From Hydrolagus affinis (lineage: Eukaryota): a DNA stretch of 64,000 bases. Of the stretch, positions 1 to 14,280 are shown one piece after another; position 1 is the stretch's first letter; every line of letters begins with the position of its first letter. The stretch covers positions 1 to 64,000 of the forward strand of contig JAAILG010000178.1 of the NCBI GenBank assembly GCA_012026655.1. The letters are read 5' to 3'. A program made the position numbers and the translations under genes. Below the pieces are notes generated by a model that saw only the letters and a program-made list of their open reading frames with translations, had not been told where the DNA came from and made no database searches.

Positions 1-967
1 GTCAAGGCACGGATGTGGGGGAGGAAGGAGAGTTTTATAATGTCTCAACTCAAGTGAACGATATCAAATGCAAGGATTAGTTAGTTATCTATTTGTTTAC
101 TTACATTGCTTGATAGATATATATGAAATATACCCCAGAATTCCTATGATGGTTTCTAAAGACTCTGGGGAATGATTTCACATACTAGATTTGCATTTTC
201 AATTTATCTCCGCGTACTGGCTAGATCTCATTAAAGGGAGAAGAGAAATACTACACAACAGATGCAACCTGTGTGAGAATCCACTGGAAGTAGAACAAAG
301 ATTAGCAGAAACCATGGGTCGAATAATATTGATTGGGCAGGTTACACAATAATACTGTGAAATTATGTTAATTTCAATGTGCAATCCAGCCCGTAATATT
401 ATTCTCTCTATATAAAGGGATTAGACCGAAGTCGTGCAAATCACATTGTACAGACTCCATGCCTCTTACTCCAATGATATTATGTCACACCACCATTTAC
501 AAATGCTATAAAGATAATCTGCATCATTTAAAGGCTGCCTTTAGTAACTAGCATTAAAAAAAATAGACATCAATGAATATATTACAGTTAGGTTATTTTT
601 GGTCCAGGTGTGATGGACAGTAATGCTTCCACTTATTATTAACATCATTTATTTTAAACCCTTATATTACCTTTACTTAGGTAATGGATGTGAAGCAAAT
701 TAATATAATAACAAAAACTGTTGTATAACTAGCAGGAGAGTGAACAAACTACAGTACTGTATATCTATCCAATAAGATTTACAAACTAAATTGTAGAACG
801 GTTTATCTTTCTAGGGAAAGCAGGTATATCTCAATATGTATTGTGCCAGAATATCTGACAGATATTTGTAGATTTGGAGCAAAGTGTGAGAATAACCAAA
901 CTTGTAAAGGACCAGCAGTGCTAAGTCTCACTGATTTAATCAAATAAGGTTTATGTTGAAACTACTA

Positions 968-1125
968 CTATTAATAATAATAACCCTTGCATTTGATATA
1001 ATGCTTTATTACATCATTGAGACATCTCAAAGCACTTCACAGAATATACTGTAAAGTGAATTCACTGTATATTTTATGGGCAAAATGTGGCAGCCAATTG
1101 CGCACTGTGATATCCCACAGTTGTA
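968..1125 (-). mobile_element. 5'-truncated SINE (same family)
   Basis: taataataacccttgcatttgatata...cacagaatatactgtaaagtgaattcactg...gcagccaattgcgcac. Similar partial copies at ~3045-3160(-), 3670-3820(+), 6930-7040(+), 11290-11380(+), 12550-12690(+), 31410-31520(+), 33545-33600(-), 33720-33795(+), 36165-36260(+), 44115-44210(-). Confidence 0.8.
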
Positions 1126-3224
1126 GATTGAGTGATATATTTGTTATTATTGTTAATTATTATTACATATACGAGGCTACAGATGTTTATATAATGAGTT
1201 TTGGAATAGATATTAAGTGGGGTGGGCTAGGGGAGAGGACTGGGTCACTGGTGTCACACTTTGCAACTCTGTACACTCCATTTTAAAAAATTACGTAGGT
1301 GATAAGAGTTTCACAAATTACTGATTTGTGCTGCGATCTCTCTATGTATCCTGTAATACCATCCTCCAGATTCCTCTCCTAACTGTAAAGAGGGAATTAC
1401 TTTGTGTGCAAGATGTCCCTAACGCCTCAGTATCTTTATGACTGCTGATGGAAATTGTAATGGAAACAAAGCTGGGAACCAATTGAAAATGATTGATTTT
1501 GAAAATAAAGAAGCTAGATTAGCAACAAACTCATCAGAATATGGGAAAACTACATTAAACAACAAACGAGCCAAGGACATTCCGGCAATAGTATTCTGAA
1601 TAGCTGTTTGGATTCACTGACAATCAGCTACTGCACAAAGCCCAAAGGCCGTGTATTAGACACAGCATTATGCAAATAGTCTTGCTAGTTATCTTTCGTG
1701 TTAGTTCATTCTATTTTAAATAGTGATTTTGCCATGTTGTAAAATATTGAGGTGGCAGACACATTCCAGTCAATTAGCCTTTAGTTTTAAGCGCCTGCTC
1801 CCTTGGAATAGGAATAGCAAAGGTTAAATCAGATCGACCTCAAACAATATACAGGTACAGGGTTCTATATATATAAGAACTGTCTTATTACTTCAGCAGG
1901 ACATTATTGGCACACAAGGACTGGCATTGGATCTGCCATGTGTTGATCACTAAATTGTGATGCTTTTTGTCATTATTGGATTATCATGGGACATTTGACT
2001 ATAAACAAATAACAGTAAGATTGCTGTTTTGGTGATCAGTGTGAGATAGACTCTAATCTCACTAGAGGGTATTCACTTATTGAAAAACACAAACCTATAA
2101 AAAAATTTGCTTTAAGCGTGTATTTTTGCATGTTAACTGGAGCTCAATTCTGCCAATGACAGTATCAAATCTCATTTGTTTATACTTAGAACAATAATGC
2201 ATCGCTCATACAATAGGCAAGAAAAAGCAGGCTAAAGCATAGCTCATGTTATGATAAAGATAGCCTTTGATAAAGAATCTGTTTGGTGCAATTCTTTAAA
2301 AGGAAATGTTTTCGAGTTTGATGTAATGCATATATTTTCCCAATCTATCAATATGAGATCCATCTAAGCTTTGTACAAGAATACAATAGACCAGCAGTGT
2401 GAATGCAGTAGAAAGGTGCATCAGTTTAAGAAGAGAAAAACATTAGAGGTATTTACTCACTCCTATCTCTACCTGGCATTGAAAAGGTGAAACGTCGGGA
2501 TTAGCATTAAGGAGTTGACTTTTAATGATTCTGTGCAGTAACCTTTGTCATCCTAATTTGTAGGATCGGTGATCGTGAGACCATCACTGCAAATTCACTA
2601 ATGAACGCCATTAAGTTTTCCATAACCAGTTATACCCCAGAGACCAATTTCTCATGTTAAATCTCCTTTCAAATGTTTGTCAATATTATGTCATCATTCC
2701 TTATATGCTGCTGCGAAAACGTAAAACAGATCAGTGATTGGGGGGCGGGGAGGGGATGGGTGAGGAACCAAAAAAAATGACATTTTCTGAATTTATTCCA
2801 GATGATTAATTATTTTATTTTTGCAGTTTTTGGAAAATGCCATAAACACTGATTTCAACCTATTCCAAGGTGAATTTTGATCTCTAAAAGCTAAAATTTT
2901 AAATCAAAACAGATTCACTCATTATTTATTTAAATTTTCATTTATGTACGTACACTTATTCATTACTCTATTTTCACGGTTCCTCTTACACAATCTCTGG
3001 CCTAAACAGTAATATGTAAATTTACATTTTTAAGCATATGATAGTAATAATAATAATCCGTGCATTTGATATAGTGCCTTTATCATGTCTTGGAGACGTC
3101 TCAAAGCGTTTCACCGAATATACTGTAAAGTGAATTGAATGTATATTTTGTGGGCATATACTGTATAGGTTAGCTTCAAAACATTAATAAGTATTTCATA
3201 AATGCTGTGGATTTACAGTACAAT

Positions 3225-3430
3225 GTACATTTACATTGCACCTTCACTTTGGGAGTACATCCCAAAACGCTTGACATTGCTGGTTAGACACCCAAGCTGA
3301 GCGTTGGGAGCTGAAGAGGGCAGGGAAGAGAAAGATGACCAATAGCTACATCTTCACCTCCTGAATGTGAGGCGAAAGGGAGTGAGTCGGAGAGACTCCG
3401 GGAATGAGTTGCAGAGATCTGGATGGCCGA
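3225..3430 (-). mobile_element. Degenerate L2 3' fragment
   Basis: Reverse L2-type tail (ccttcactttgggagtacatcccaaaacgct) and gggaatgagttgcagag. Similar fragments at ~31610-31780(+) and 51830-52000(-). Confidence 0.5.
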
Positions 3431-6269
3431 TTAAAACTGAACTTTCACAAATACTGGTTTCACCTTTATTTGCTGACAACAGTAATCTAGATGACTGACT
3501 TCAAAGGGTTTATATACTCAGCCCGACAGTGCGAGGAAGCTCAATTAACACGGACAGATATAGTCAATAATTCTGACTACTTCAGTGATTTTGTGGTCGT
3601 TAATTCAAGTCCTTTCCAATGATAGTCGCATATGTCGTCCAGGTTAATTCTTCTGATAATATCATCAGTAAATTGCTGTGCACAAATTGGCTGTTGTGTT
3701 CACCTACAAAAATACAGTCACTACACATAACAATGAATTGTGGCTTGCTTTGAGAGGTCCTCCCGCCATAAAAAATGCTACATCAAATTCAAGCTTTAAT
3801 ATTATTATAATTTTTATTATTATTCCTATTACGGTACTCATTATTTAAATAATAACAAAAAAATTACATTTATACATCACCTTTCATGTCAGGAGGACGT
3901 TCCAAAGTGTTGGGAACTACCTAACAATGTAACAGAAAAGAAGAATTCCTTGCATCAATCTGATTTTTTTCATTAAAAAAGGGAATGGTGAGCCTTTGTT
4001 TAATAACATTTGGGCTGGGCTTTAAACCGTTTTGGAAGATGATCAGGGTGCTGGGCATTAATCTGTCAAGAACAGATTGCTTTGACATTTCCAGGAGATT
4101 ACTTCATTCTACCTAAAGGATAGGGTTTGATTGATCATGAAATAGCTGATGAGTCCAAGCTAGTAATGATGGAAATGCAATCTTCATTGTGAAGCACAGC
4201 CAGTTTATGTGTATTCTAGGGTATGCTTGCAAATTCAACATGTACAATGAAATTATATTAAAATATTGTTCCAATGGCCGCGGAAGCAATACAGAAGGTA
4301 TTGGTAGGAATAATTGCTCTCTTTTGATGATCTTTGTTATTATTGCTGGCTAATGCAGACATCTACACGTTGTGTATTCCTATGAGTTGCACAACCAACA
4401 TATACATTAATTTACGAGTGGGTCAGAGCAGAAGGCAGCTTCACAACTCAAGTGCTGCAGAACTTTAAAATCCAACTAGAATCTTTTAGTGATGATGAAC
4501 CATTCAACATTACAATAGCACGTGACAATTTGCCACTCCCCAAAGCTTCTTATCCCAGCTCTATACATGTGTCAGCTTGTCACTCAGAATTACATTGTGT
4601 GTTTAGTTAATTTCTACTCTGACTGTCCCTGGACTACATATAATAACGCATTAATCAACCAAGCTATGTTTGGAGCTTTTTCTGAATAAGATGAATTAAA
4701 TGAAATTTTGTTTCCGTTCTAGTTTTAAAATGTATTCCGGTAGTGTGCACTGCAATGTATTGTTGGGCTAAGACCACAGAATCATAGCAGTTAACTCACA
4801 GTTAGCAAATGCTCGATCAAGATCAGTGCAGATTGACTGCTCCATCCCCTTATCTACTGGGATTGTCATTTTCAGCAAATGTAATACAAATAAAGGTTGA
4901 TACAACCTCATGCCTACCATGGATTCTAAATGCAAGTTGTTTCTTAATATCATCTAACAAAGAACAATGTCTATATTATTGGAATAAAGACTTCAGTGTG
5001 TAAAAATTTGTTTTAATGACGTTCAGAAGGTGTTAATATTTCTAACCTAAAGTTTCAGGAAGTGAGTAAAAGCTACATTTTTTTTAGATGAATTCTTTTT
5101 TAAACTAAGGTTGTGGCCTGAAAGGTGGGATGGTATAAATTCATTCTATTTGAGAAATATTACCACTTTAATCTACCAATCAGTCTTCCGTTCCCTGTAG
5201 GAGATACTAGGAGAAAATCCATTATAAGGTACTTAGATATCCAGAGATCTTGTAGTTCAAATATCTCTTGTTCTGCTTCATCGGTTTCTGAACTACATAT
5301 AATAAATTGCAGAAAATGAAGATTAAATTAGACCAAAAATTAAACCATTGATTTTTTCCAATATATTTTAGAACAAGATTTACATTGATTTTAATAGGCT
5401 CCTGGGTCTCTGTGGTATAGACCTTAGTGGAGTTTTACATTAGTTCATTAAGGGCTCTATCTCCACAGTTTTAAAAGTAATTTGAAAGTAGCTTTTTCTA
5501 ATAAAACAATTCTAAATAACTGGGTAGAATCCATTTGAAATCTACTCTCAAAATGGTTGAAAGCAAAGCTCTTGTTCAATAGTGTCTTCATTTTCAGGAT
5601 ACTTTTGGTTATCAATTTTGTAAAGGAATAATAAAACTCAAATTAGTTCATCTGCAATCAGATTACGAGTGGGTACAGTTATACTTCACAGTTCAATTAA
5701 AGTGCTAGTAAATCTAATCCAGTGGGTGGAAGCACAGTAAAGAACAGAAATGCTTTCTCCAAAGCTTAATTTTTGCAGCTACTGGAGCTCCTTTTTTCAA
5801 TAAAACAGCACACAAAAGCATTGCCTCTGGTAAGGCCACAAATGATAACTGGGCAATGCGGATGACAAGCCAGCCACCATCTCACAGCTGGAACAATTCT
5901 GCCATTGTTACTGTATATTGCAGCCTAGCGTTAAATCCTGTTATATTGGTTATACGGGCATGACTCTCACTGACCTCTTGTGGGTGGGATTTGGTTTTAT
6001 GTGTACAAATGCAAAGAACCATTACTGCCATTGTGTGTATTCATCCTCTTTGTGTGATCCATTGGCCTAATCATTGCACAATGGATGTATTGATGTACAG
6101 TATTTTGTCCAAGTCTTGCTATAGTTTTCAATAAGGGCAAAGACAAATATGAACAGAATGTTAATCTCCATGACTTTCTAAATCACTGAAATCATACTTA
6201 AAATGCCAGGGAACAGTAACTGATAATGCTTCCACTTGATGTCAAATATTGTAGCATCGTTGAACCATC

Positions 6270-6586
6270 ACACGGCGCTTCACAGGATTTACTATAAATT
6301 GGAGTGTCTGTGTACTTGCAGCCTATCTGTGCGAAATAATGCCTCACAAACAGCCATTGAATGAATGGTTATTTTTATCTGTGGGATGCCAGGAGAAACT
6401 CCCTTTATCTTTCCACATCATGCATTGGAATCTTTTAACTCTCTGATCAGGCAGATGCGACCTTGGTTTAAGGATGTCACCTCCAACAATTTAGCATGCC
6501 CCCAGCAGTGCACTGGAGGGTCATCCCAGTGTAGGAGTTCAAAGAACCTTCCAACTCATAGATGAGAGTACCACCAACTGAGCTGG
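6270..6586 (-). mobile_element. Older DeuSINE-type element (SacSINE1-like)
   Basis: ccaggagaaactccc...atcttttaac...ggcagat...cctccaacaat...cagtgcactggagggtca...gagagtaccaccaactgagc follows the reverse Deu domain plus tRNA head seen in shark SINEs. Confidence 0.7.
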
Positions 6587-9500
6587 ACGATCAAGAAAAA
6601 CATTGAAAACATTTATGCTGTAGAAGATGTCTAACTTCACTAAACGAATGCCTCTAATCCACCTGCAAAGTGAATTTCTGAATCCTCAATTTGAATGGGG
6701 GAAGCTATATTGCAATTCTGCATCAAAAATTTATTCAATTTATGTTTCAAGATCAAAGAAAATAATCAGACTCTAGACTTTCATGTTCATCAAAGCAAAT
6801 GAATGAAATGGAAAATATTTAAGTCTAATAATATGTGCCACATGCTATCATTTCTATTTAATCAGCTTTGTTTCTGCCATCTTTTCCTCTAACCTTTTAC
6901 CATGTCAGTAGTATTGCACATGCACCTACTTGCCCACAAAATATACAGTCAATTCACTTTACAGTATGTTCTGTGAAGCTCTTTGAGACGTCTGAAAGAT
7001 GTAATAAGGCGCTATATTAACTGCAAGGATTACTATTATTGTGGTACCCAAGTCCAGGTCAAGCGAGCAAGGATTGTTCTCAAGATATTTCCATAATAAT
7101 CTCTATCATTGCAGTAAAACAAAAGAAAGAACTCTTATTACAGCAATAAAAACAGCGAAGTGATCTTCTAATGCTACTTTATTAGATTCATTTTATCTCT
7201 TATCGACTAAGGGTGACGTACCATAACCAGGATTTATGGAGCAAAAATTAATGTGAGAGTCTTATGATCCCAAACGCAGTTGTGAAAAATATCACATTGG
7301 GATTCATTACAATCTATCCTTACATCGATCTTCAGATAAAATGCAGGAAATTAGAAATGTCTTCCCTTCTGTGTACAGGTAATCATAACAGCTATAGAGA
7401 CCTCTCATCCTTGACTGAAACATTCACAAAGTGTCTCATCTGCCCCCTCTCCCTGCTTTTATTGAAGTTCAAAAAGCCGATACTTTTTGAACTTTACTGC
7501 AATTAAACCTTTGTGCGGTGTGTGGAACTCACAGCAACAGACCAAACTGTCTGAATCGTTCTTGTTTAAAAATTTTCCATTTCGAAGAAGAAATGGCAAA
7601 AAGTGCTTTTATTCAAATCCCAAGTCATAGTTTGCAGTTGAAAAATTCAGACCATTCCATATTTAATAGAGGGAAATTATGCATTAGCTATCTGGGATAT
7701 ATTTTTCCCAGAATAGCCTCCTATTTTGGTGATATTCAGCACTTCTTTGAAATTGCCATGCGGCATGGATTCACATGATGCTTCTTATTTCCTTATACAC
7801 CAACCATGCTACAAAGCAAATTTGGTCTGTTTCATCTTTCAGAGTTGCGCGTAATACATATTCCTAATATGAACTGGGAAAGAGTATACACTAGAGCATA
7901 GTCGTGCTAACGTACTTCAAGGTATTCTATTGATGTGCATTGGTGGAAGTAAGCAGACAACTTCAAAGCACTCTTTGTTCTGGCTTTCTGTTTGGATACT
8001 GACAACATTCGCTTTAATAAAAAAAAGCATCATTTACCTTCAAATTTTAGTAATTGCAACATATCAAGAAAGGTCTTATCGGGAAGAAAGAGTTTGCGAT
8101 ATCTAGTCACTGCTCAATTGCACTTTTCAGGTACACAGGATTTTACAGGCGGAGATGTGAGAGACTTGTGCTGAGTGAGTTGTCTTTTGACTCCAAAATG
8201 CACACCCATTGATCCATCATTTGCTGCCTGCTTAGCAGTTCTCTTTTGCCCGTGGCAATTTTCTTTCCTTCCCCTTTCAAGGAGTTTGACTTATTTTGCT
8301 TCCACCTTTAATGGGGAATGGTTCCACTGGAGCTGGTGCTGCGCAGAAGGGTCCAGGGTTCACGTTGTGGGTTCTTGACAGGTTAATCTGCTTCAGCAGG
8401 AGCTGTGCACTCACTACACATCCACATCCCAATCAGGAGCAGCGGATAATGATCAGGAGTGGGAGCCAAGGGGATTTTACTGTTTCGCACCTGAAGCACA
8501 GAGATCAATTTCAGCATGTCCACTGCCATCCCAAATGAACTAATAACAAGAATCACCCTTGCATTTCATATATCGTGAGGAGGACGTCTCGAGCCGCTTC
8601 ACAGGATAGACTGTAAATTGGAATGACTGTGTATTTTGGAGATGGGAATAATGGAACCTAACCTGGGACCTTCCCAGTCTATAGGGCTCAGCTACTTACT
8701 GGATCAATTCACTGAAGCACTGGGGAAGCTTGTGTAGAAAACGTTCAAGGAGCTAATTCAGATACAGTAGGTTAAGAAAACTAGCAATCGTGCAAAGCCC
8801 TTGGAACAATCCCATCTGCATTCCTTTGGGATCCTGTCTTGGGAAACTTTATAAATGTGATTATTAATTAATTAGAAAACATTTATTTAAACCAAGTGCG
8901 TTTATCAGTCGCTGGCTGAGCAAAAATCGAATAGCTTCTCATTTTATTGGTCTATGGGGTTATTATAAGCACTAGAAAAACTAGCTAGTGGGTTGTACAT
9001 ATTATTGATTCTCTGCCACCTTGTGAAAGTGCACTTCTGGCCACAGGCATAATAAATCTTAGTATCAGTGTGACACAAATCCATGTTCAAGATCTATGTG
9101 GCAGCAAGTGCAGATGGCAGATGAAAAAGCTCAAAACTGATCAATAAATCTTTGTTGTCTGTTTGCATAAATAACCAATGATCTGTTTACGGCGAAGATA
9201 CACTTCAAACATTGTCTCTCTCGGGCAGAAGCTTGCCGATACATAATCATGTGAAGGGCGCTATATAAATAAATGCAAGTTGTTGTTCTTGTTGAGGCAG
9301 GAAAATGGAACTGACTGGATTGCACTTTCAAACAGTGACCAAATTGTTATTTCTTTAAAGGGATTACTACCCCCCGGAAAAGCAATCTGCCAAAAGCAAC
9401 AAAGAATCAGTTTCTTACTTACTGCAAGATAACGTACATTAAGAAAACTATATTTGAGGAAGAAAAGCTATCACAGTATATCAATGCCATTGTCAATCTA

Positions 9501-12500
9501 ATTTATTTGGGCTGTTATTCCAGCGCCATGTACAGTACAAGACTAGTGATTGAAAAAAGAACAGACAAACTCAGTCTGCTCGGTAATAACAGGTCCACAG
9601 CTAGATGCTAAAACATATGTGAGGGTCATTTGTTGTCTGAGTGTTTGGTCAAAAGACCAACGTTGGCTGTACTTATCTAATAAGTGTTGCAATTTTGCAA
9701 AATTGCATTAACACACTCTGAAGTACAAAACTCTACAGCACTTAATCCACTCATTCTCTCAGCAGCTATTACTCACAATGTTCATTTCCAAATAGCTAGC
9801 AAACAATAAAATGTGTGTGTGGGGGAGGGAGGGGGAACGTTCACAAAATGTACAGTGTTAAGGAGTCAGGAACATTTTTGTTATGGATCAGCAAGTTGAA
9901 GTTACTGCTTTTAATATTGTTGCAGTCTAATTGCAGCATGTTCAAATTTACTGCTGTACCAATGAATTTGGAAGAGCACAAACTTTAAATGATACAGATT
10001 ACAGACCCAGTGATGCCACTGTTCCACTGCTGCCTAAAATTGGGGCTGGAGAAGCTGTAATGACTGCCTTTCAGGAAAACTTTGAATGGTGATTTACAAT
10101 TAAAACAGTGATAAAGCATTGGAAATATTAGTATTGATCGGTCTTGTGCCTGGAAAAATAATATGAGGAGGAGGTGAATGGGAACGATCTTTATCGGGCA
10201 TTTTCCGTAGCATGGGAATACAGATTGTTTGGCAACTGGAATCACATGGGACATTTTAAAGCTAATAGGAATCCCATAATAATGGGAAGTATTACTGTCT
10301 AAACTACAGCATGTGACGGTTGGTACAAAGACATCCATGTGCAACGCATTGAAAAACATTATCCATTTTGTAGCAAATGCATTTTGGCTCTTTAGGCTGA
10401 CAGAGGAACGGATTTGACAAATCCAAGATATTACTGAGCTGTTAGCTCAGTCAATGGGTCAAGACTGTCTGCCAATCACACTCAGCGCTTGGGGACGTCC
10501 TCCAAACGTGAAAGGCACTAAACAGATGTCATTTGGGATTGTATTGTACTTACTAAGGCTGGATTTCTGAATTTCCTTTCCACTGCACTGAGAGGAACAA
10601 AGCACAAGAACTTCATAGGGAGATGACCTGACAGTGGCTGACGTGCCTCCTCCTTGTTGTGATATTGATAGATGACAAGCAGAGGTTCAGGGCTCCGACC
10701 ATCCTACTGCCCATCTACAGCAACAACAACTTGCACTTATATAGCGCCCTCCACGTGGGGTAGTATCTCAGACCTTCCGAGGGCATTAGTGAAGGATCGA
10801 GCATCATTAGGTGCGCTTCTTGTCCATCGTGCGTGTGTGCACAGATGGTAACGTCAGTGGTGACATGATGACCCGGACTTTAGACACATTTTTATGTTTG
10901 GCTTATAACCTGACCTGGGAGCGAGTGGATGCTGAACTCCGTGTTACAATAGTCTTTCCCTGCAATAATTTTAGGAGCAATGCTTAGCTTGTCCTATTTT
11001 ACAGCAAGTACTGAGCCTACTTGTAGTTGGCAAATCCCGGTGATGTCTATCAAGACGGAGAAGCCTTCCTAGTCAGTTCGGTGATCCTGGAGCAACAACC
11101 GAGCTGCAGTTGCTAGCAGGTCAGAAATCTGTATTTGTGGCAGGATCTGAGAGAAGATGTGGTGGGTGTGGTGGTGTGTGGAGCTGTGCAACGAACCCAT
11201 GGCGATGAGGCTGCAACTGTGGATCACTCTCACCATCAGCACTTAGAAGAAGACCAGTGCGGTCGATATTAACACACAAGATACACAGTCAGTTCCTTTT
11301 ACCATACATTCTGTGAAGCGCTTCGAGACGTCCCGTGATTAAGCACAATATTAAACGCAAAGATTTATTATTATTATTAAAGTGGGAATTTATTTCCGTG
11401 AGTAAAAGCTTCTTGTGAACGGCGCAAGCACGACTGAATGTAAAAGAAAGCGAAAGAGACACAATTACTGAAGCACTGCATAGATGTCGATGGTCATATC
11501 TGGGGCTTCGGATCAATACTTTTTTTTAATCAAAGTTCTACTGATAAAAATCTGAAAATAAAACACTCGGCCCCGGATCTGAAAGCCTCCGAAGCTACTT
11601 CCCAGCGGCTGAAAGGCGGGTATCGAAATGTTGTTTTTGCAACAAGCAGTTTGTGACTGTGCTAAACACGGTCTGCCGTACTGTCTGCCATAATGTGGCC
11701 GCACTCGGCCCCATAATGGCTTTGTACACCAGACATATGGCATAAATCTGCCCCATCAGCTTTGCATCACGCTTTTTGCGCTACTTCAATACCTGTAACT
11801 GAGAGGATTCTTGCGCATATAATAACTGTGCATATAATAGATAAGTATCCTTTATAAATCACAGCGTAAAAGTGACAGGTCATATATTTACTTACATTTT
11901 TGTGTTCTGTTGACATGCAGTTTAAAAAAAAAGCATAGCCTCTGAAGGATATGACCTATACTTTAAAGCCTGTGGTGTTTTTAGAACCGCAACACCAGTG
12001 GAAAAGGATGCGATCATCAAATGCACAGTTTATAGGTAATTATTTTTCCTGTATACTTTATAGTCTCTGGAGATACAGGCAATGTAATATTTCACACATC
12101 AAGGACATGACCTGGATTATTTACTATCCATGATGAGACTGTCCAGGTTTTGATGTCGCCGTGAATGATTGCCTATAACTACTGAATTTCACACCTCCCA
12201 TCTTCGCTGCCTGATAAGCTTGGTTACGTTTTTTTTTATATATATAAAAAAAGTCACTGCAATCAGACAGTGACAGGATATTCTCCTGTATTTTCCTGTA
12301 GTTAATGGTAGTTAGATACAGTCAGATAATAAACTTACAGAGTCTATATTTTTTAAACAAAAAACTGTACACAAAACAAACGCACCCTTTTTTCACAAAA
12401 CATTTGAAATAACTAGCCACATCTCAGCAGGGTTAACATAAAAAGGAATTGTGTTTGGTGATCTAGAAAAGAGGATGGATGGAGTTTCTCTCTCTCTCTC

Positions 12501-14137
12501 CCAGGGTCCTGATTAACAATCCCCCCAAATAAAATTGGTCCATCATTCCATGGCTGTTTGTGAGGCCCTGCTGTGCACAAATGGGCTGCCGTGTTCGCCT
12601 ACACTTTGTAATACTGTATATACCTTGAAGCACTTTAAAATGTCCTCCTGATGTAAATAGCATAACACCAAATGTAAGAATTAATATTATTACAAGGCTG
12701 TATACCAAGTACCAAGTATTGTAGTAGCGATTATTTCGAGTTGAATAATATCTTCAACGCTAAGAATAAACACACTTCCAAACCAAGTCAGTTTCTTTGG
12801 ATTGGTGCTACTTTATTGCATTGAATACTTCTTACTAAGATCTCTTAGTACCTCTTGTAAGGATTTCTCCTTGAGTTGTGACAAATTAGCATTTTGTCAC
12901 TCAAAAGCCCACTTCACTAGCAATAAGCCTAAACCACAAGAAGAAATCATGTTGAATTAAATTGATCTATTATGTGCACATATTTTCAAAAGGATCTCTT
13001 CTTGCAATGTGACCAATTTGCATTTTGTGATCAACGAGCCCAGAGTTATGAGTTTTTTTTTCTGACAAACATTACAGTCGAAGAGATATGATCAGCCAAT
13101 CTGGACAGCTACAGAAATACCAGGTAGAGCGGCTGAGATCTGCACGAACCTCTGCATACTTGAATAACCACATTCAGGTTTCCAAATTGAGCAAACAGAA
13201 CACCGCAGCACATATATTGTTTTATGTGTTGTTTGTGTAAGGAATAGCACAATGAAAGGCTGCAAGTGTATGTGTATGGGGGGGTGGGTGGGTGGGTGGG
13301 AGAGAGGAAGTGAAATTCAAAGATGAAAGGTTGAGATTAGAAACAGGTAGGATATGATCTGAGTGCACCTCTACTTTCTTTAAACATCACAGCAACATAC
13401 AACCTACTTTTTTGTTACCTAGGATCTCTTTTCTTCATACAAAGTAAAATATGATAATGATCATATTGCATCTGTTAGTGAAACCTCGTGTTTCTTCAGC
13501 CCAATTGTGCTCAGAACAGTCAATTATCGTTTATGGCACTTTGTTAGCTCAGAAAAGTTACATGTAGAATGGGCAGGAGACACAAGGATTAATAATGTTT
13601 TATGTTGCGTGGAAGTATTATCATACGTCTGGTTAGTCCCATTATGTTCAGCAATTTAACTTCTCTTATTCTGTAAAAATAATAGATTTGGTGCTGGGGC
13701 GTTTGGTCAGCCAGGCCTGGTCTGACACATGTGAAAATCCACCACAAAAGCTTAAGGGTTTCGAAACTAGACTAAGAGTTCCATGTATGCCACCTGTGCA
13801 TGAGAAAGATATGGTGTTAAGTATACGCAAAGTAACATCTTTGGCAGGGAATGGATGACCCAAATTTAACAAGCCAAATATTCCCCCAAAAAAAACATAT
13901 TTCAATTTTGGAATTACAGAAAACTAAAGGCAAAATTCAAACACACATTTTTCATAATCCTGCGGCTAAGTAAATAACACATAATTTACCTTAAACGGGC
14001 CTCTGATATTGTTCCTGTGTGGGTAGAAGACAGGTAATATACTATAAATAATATATATGTACATTTCAGTTTTTCCGTAATTCATACTGTTGAGTCTAAC
14101 CAAGGATTATACTGCACATCACCGGACTAAACAAAAG

Positions 14138-14280
14138 AAAAAACAGAAGTTGCTGGGAACACTCAGCAAGTCAGGCAGCACCCATGGAGAAAGGAAAGAT
14201 AGTTAACATATCGGGTCGATAACCTTTCATCGCTTCTGTTTCTATTTCAGATTTCCAGCAGTATCTGCAGTACTTTGTCT
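14138..14280 (-). mobile_element. Penelope-like pseudo-LTR remnant
   Basis: aaacagaagttgctgggaacactcagcaagtcaggcagcacccatggagaaagg..gttaacatatcgggtcgataacctttcatc is the reverse complement of the 32136-32230 type sequence. Confidence 0.75.
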
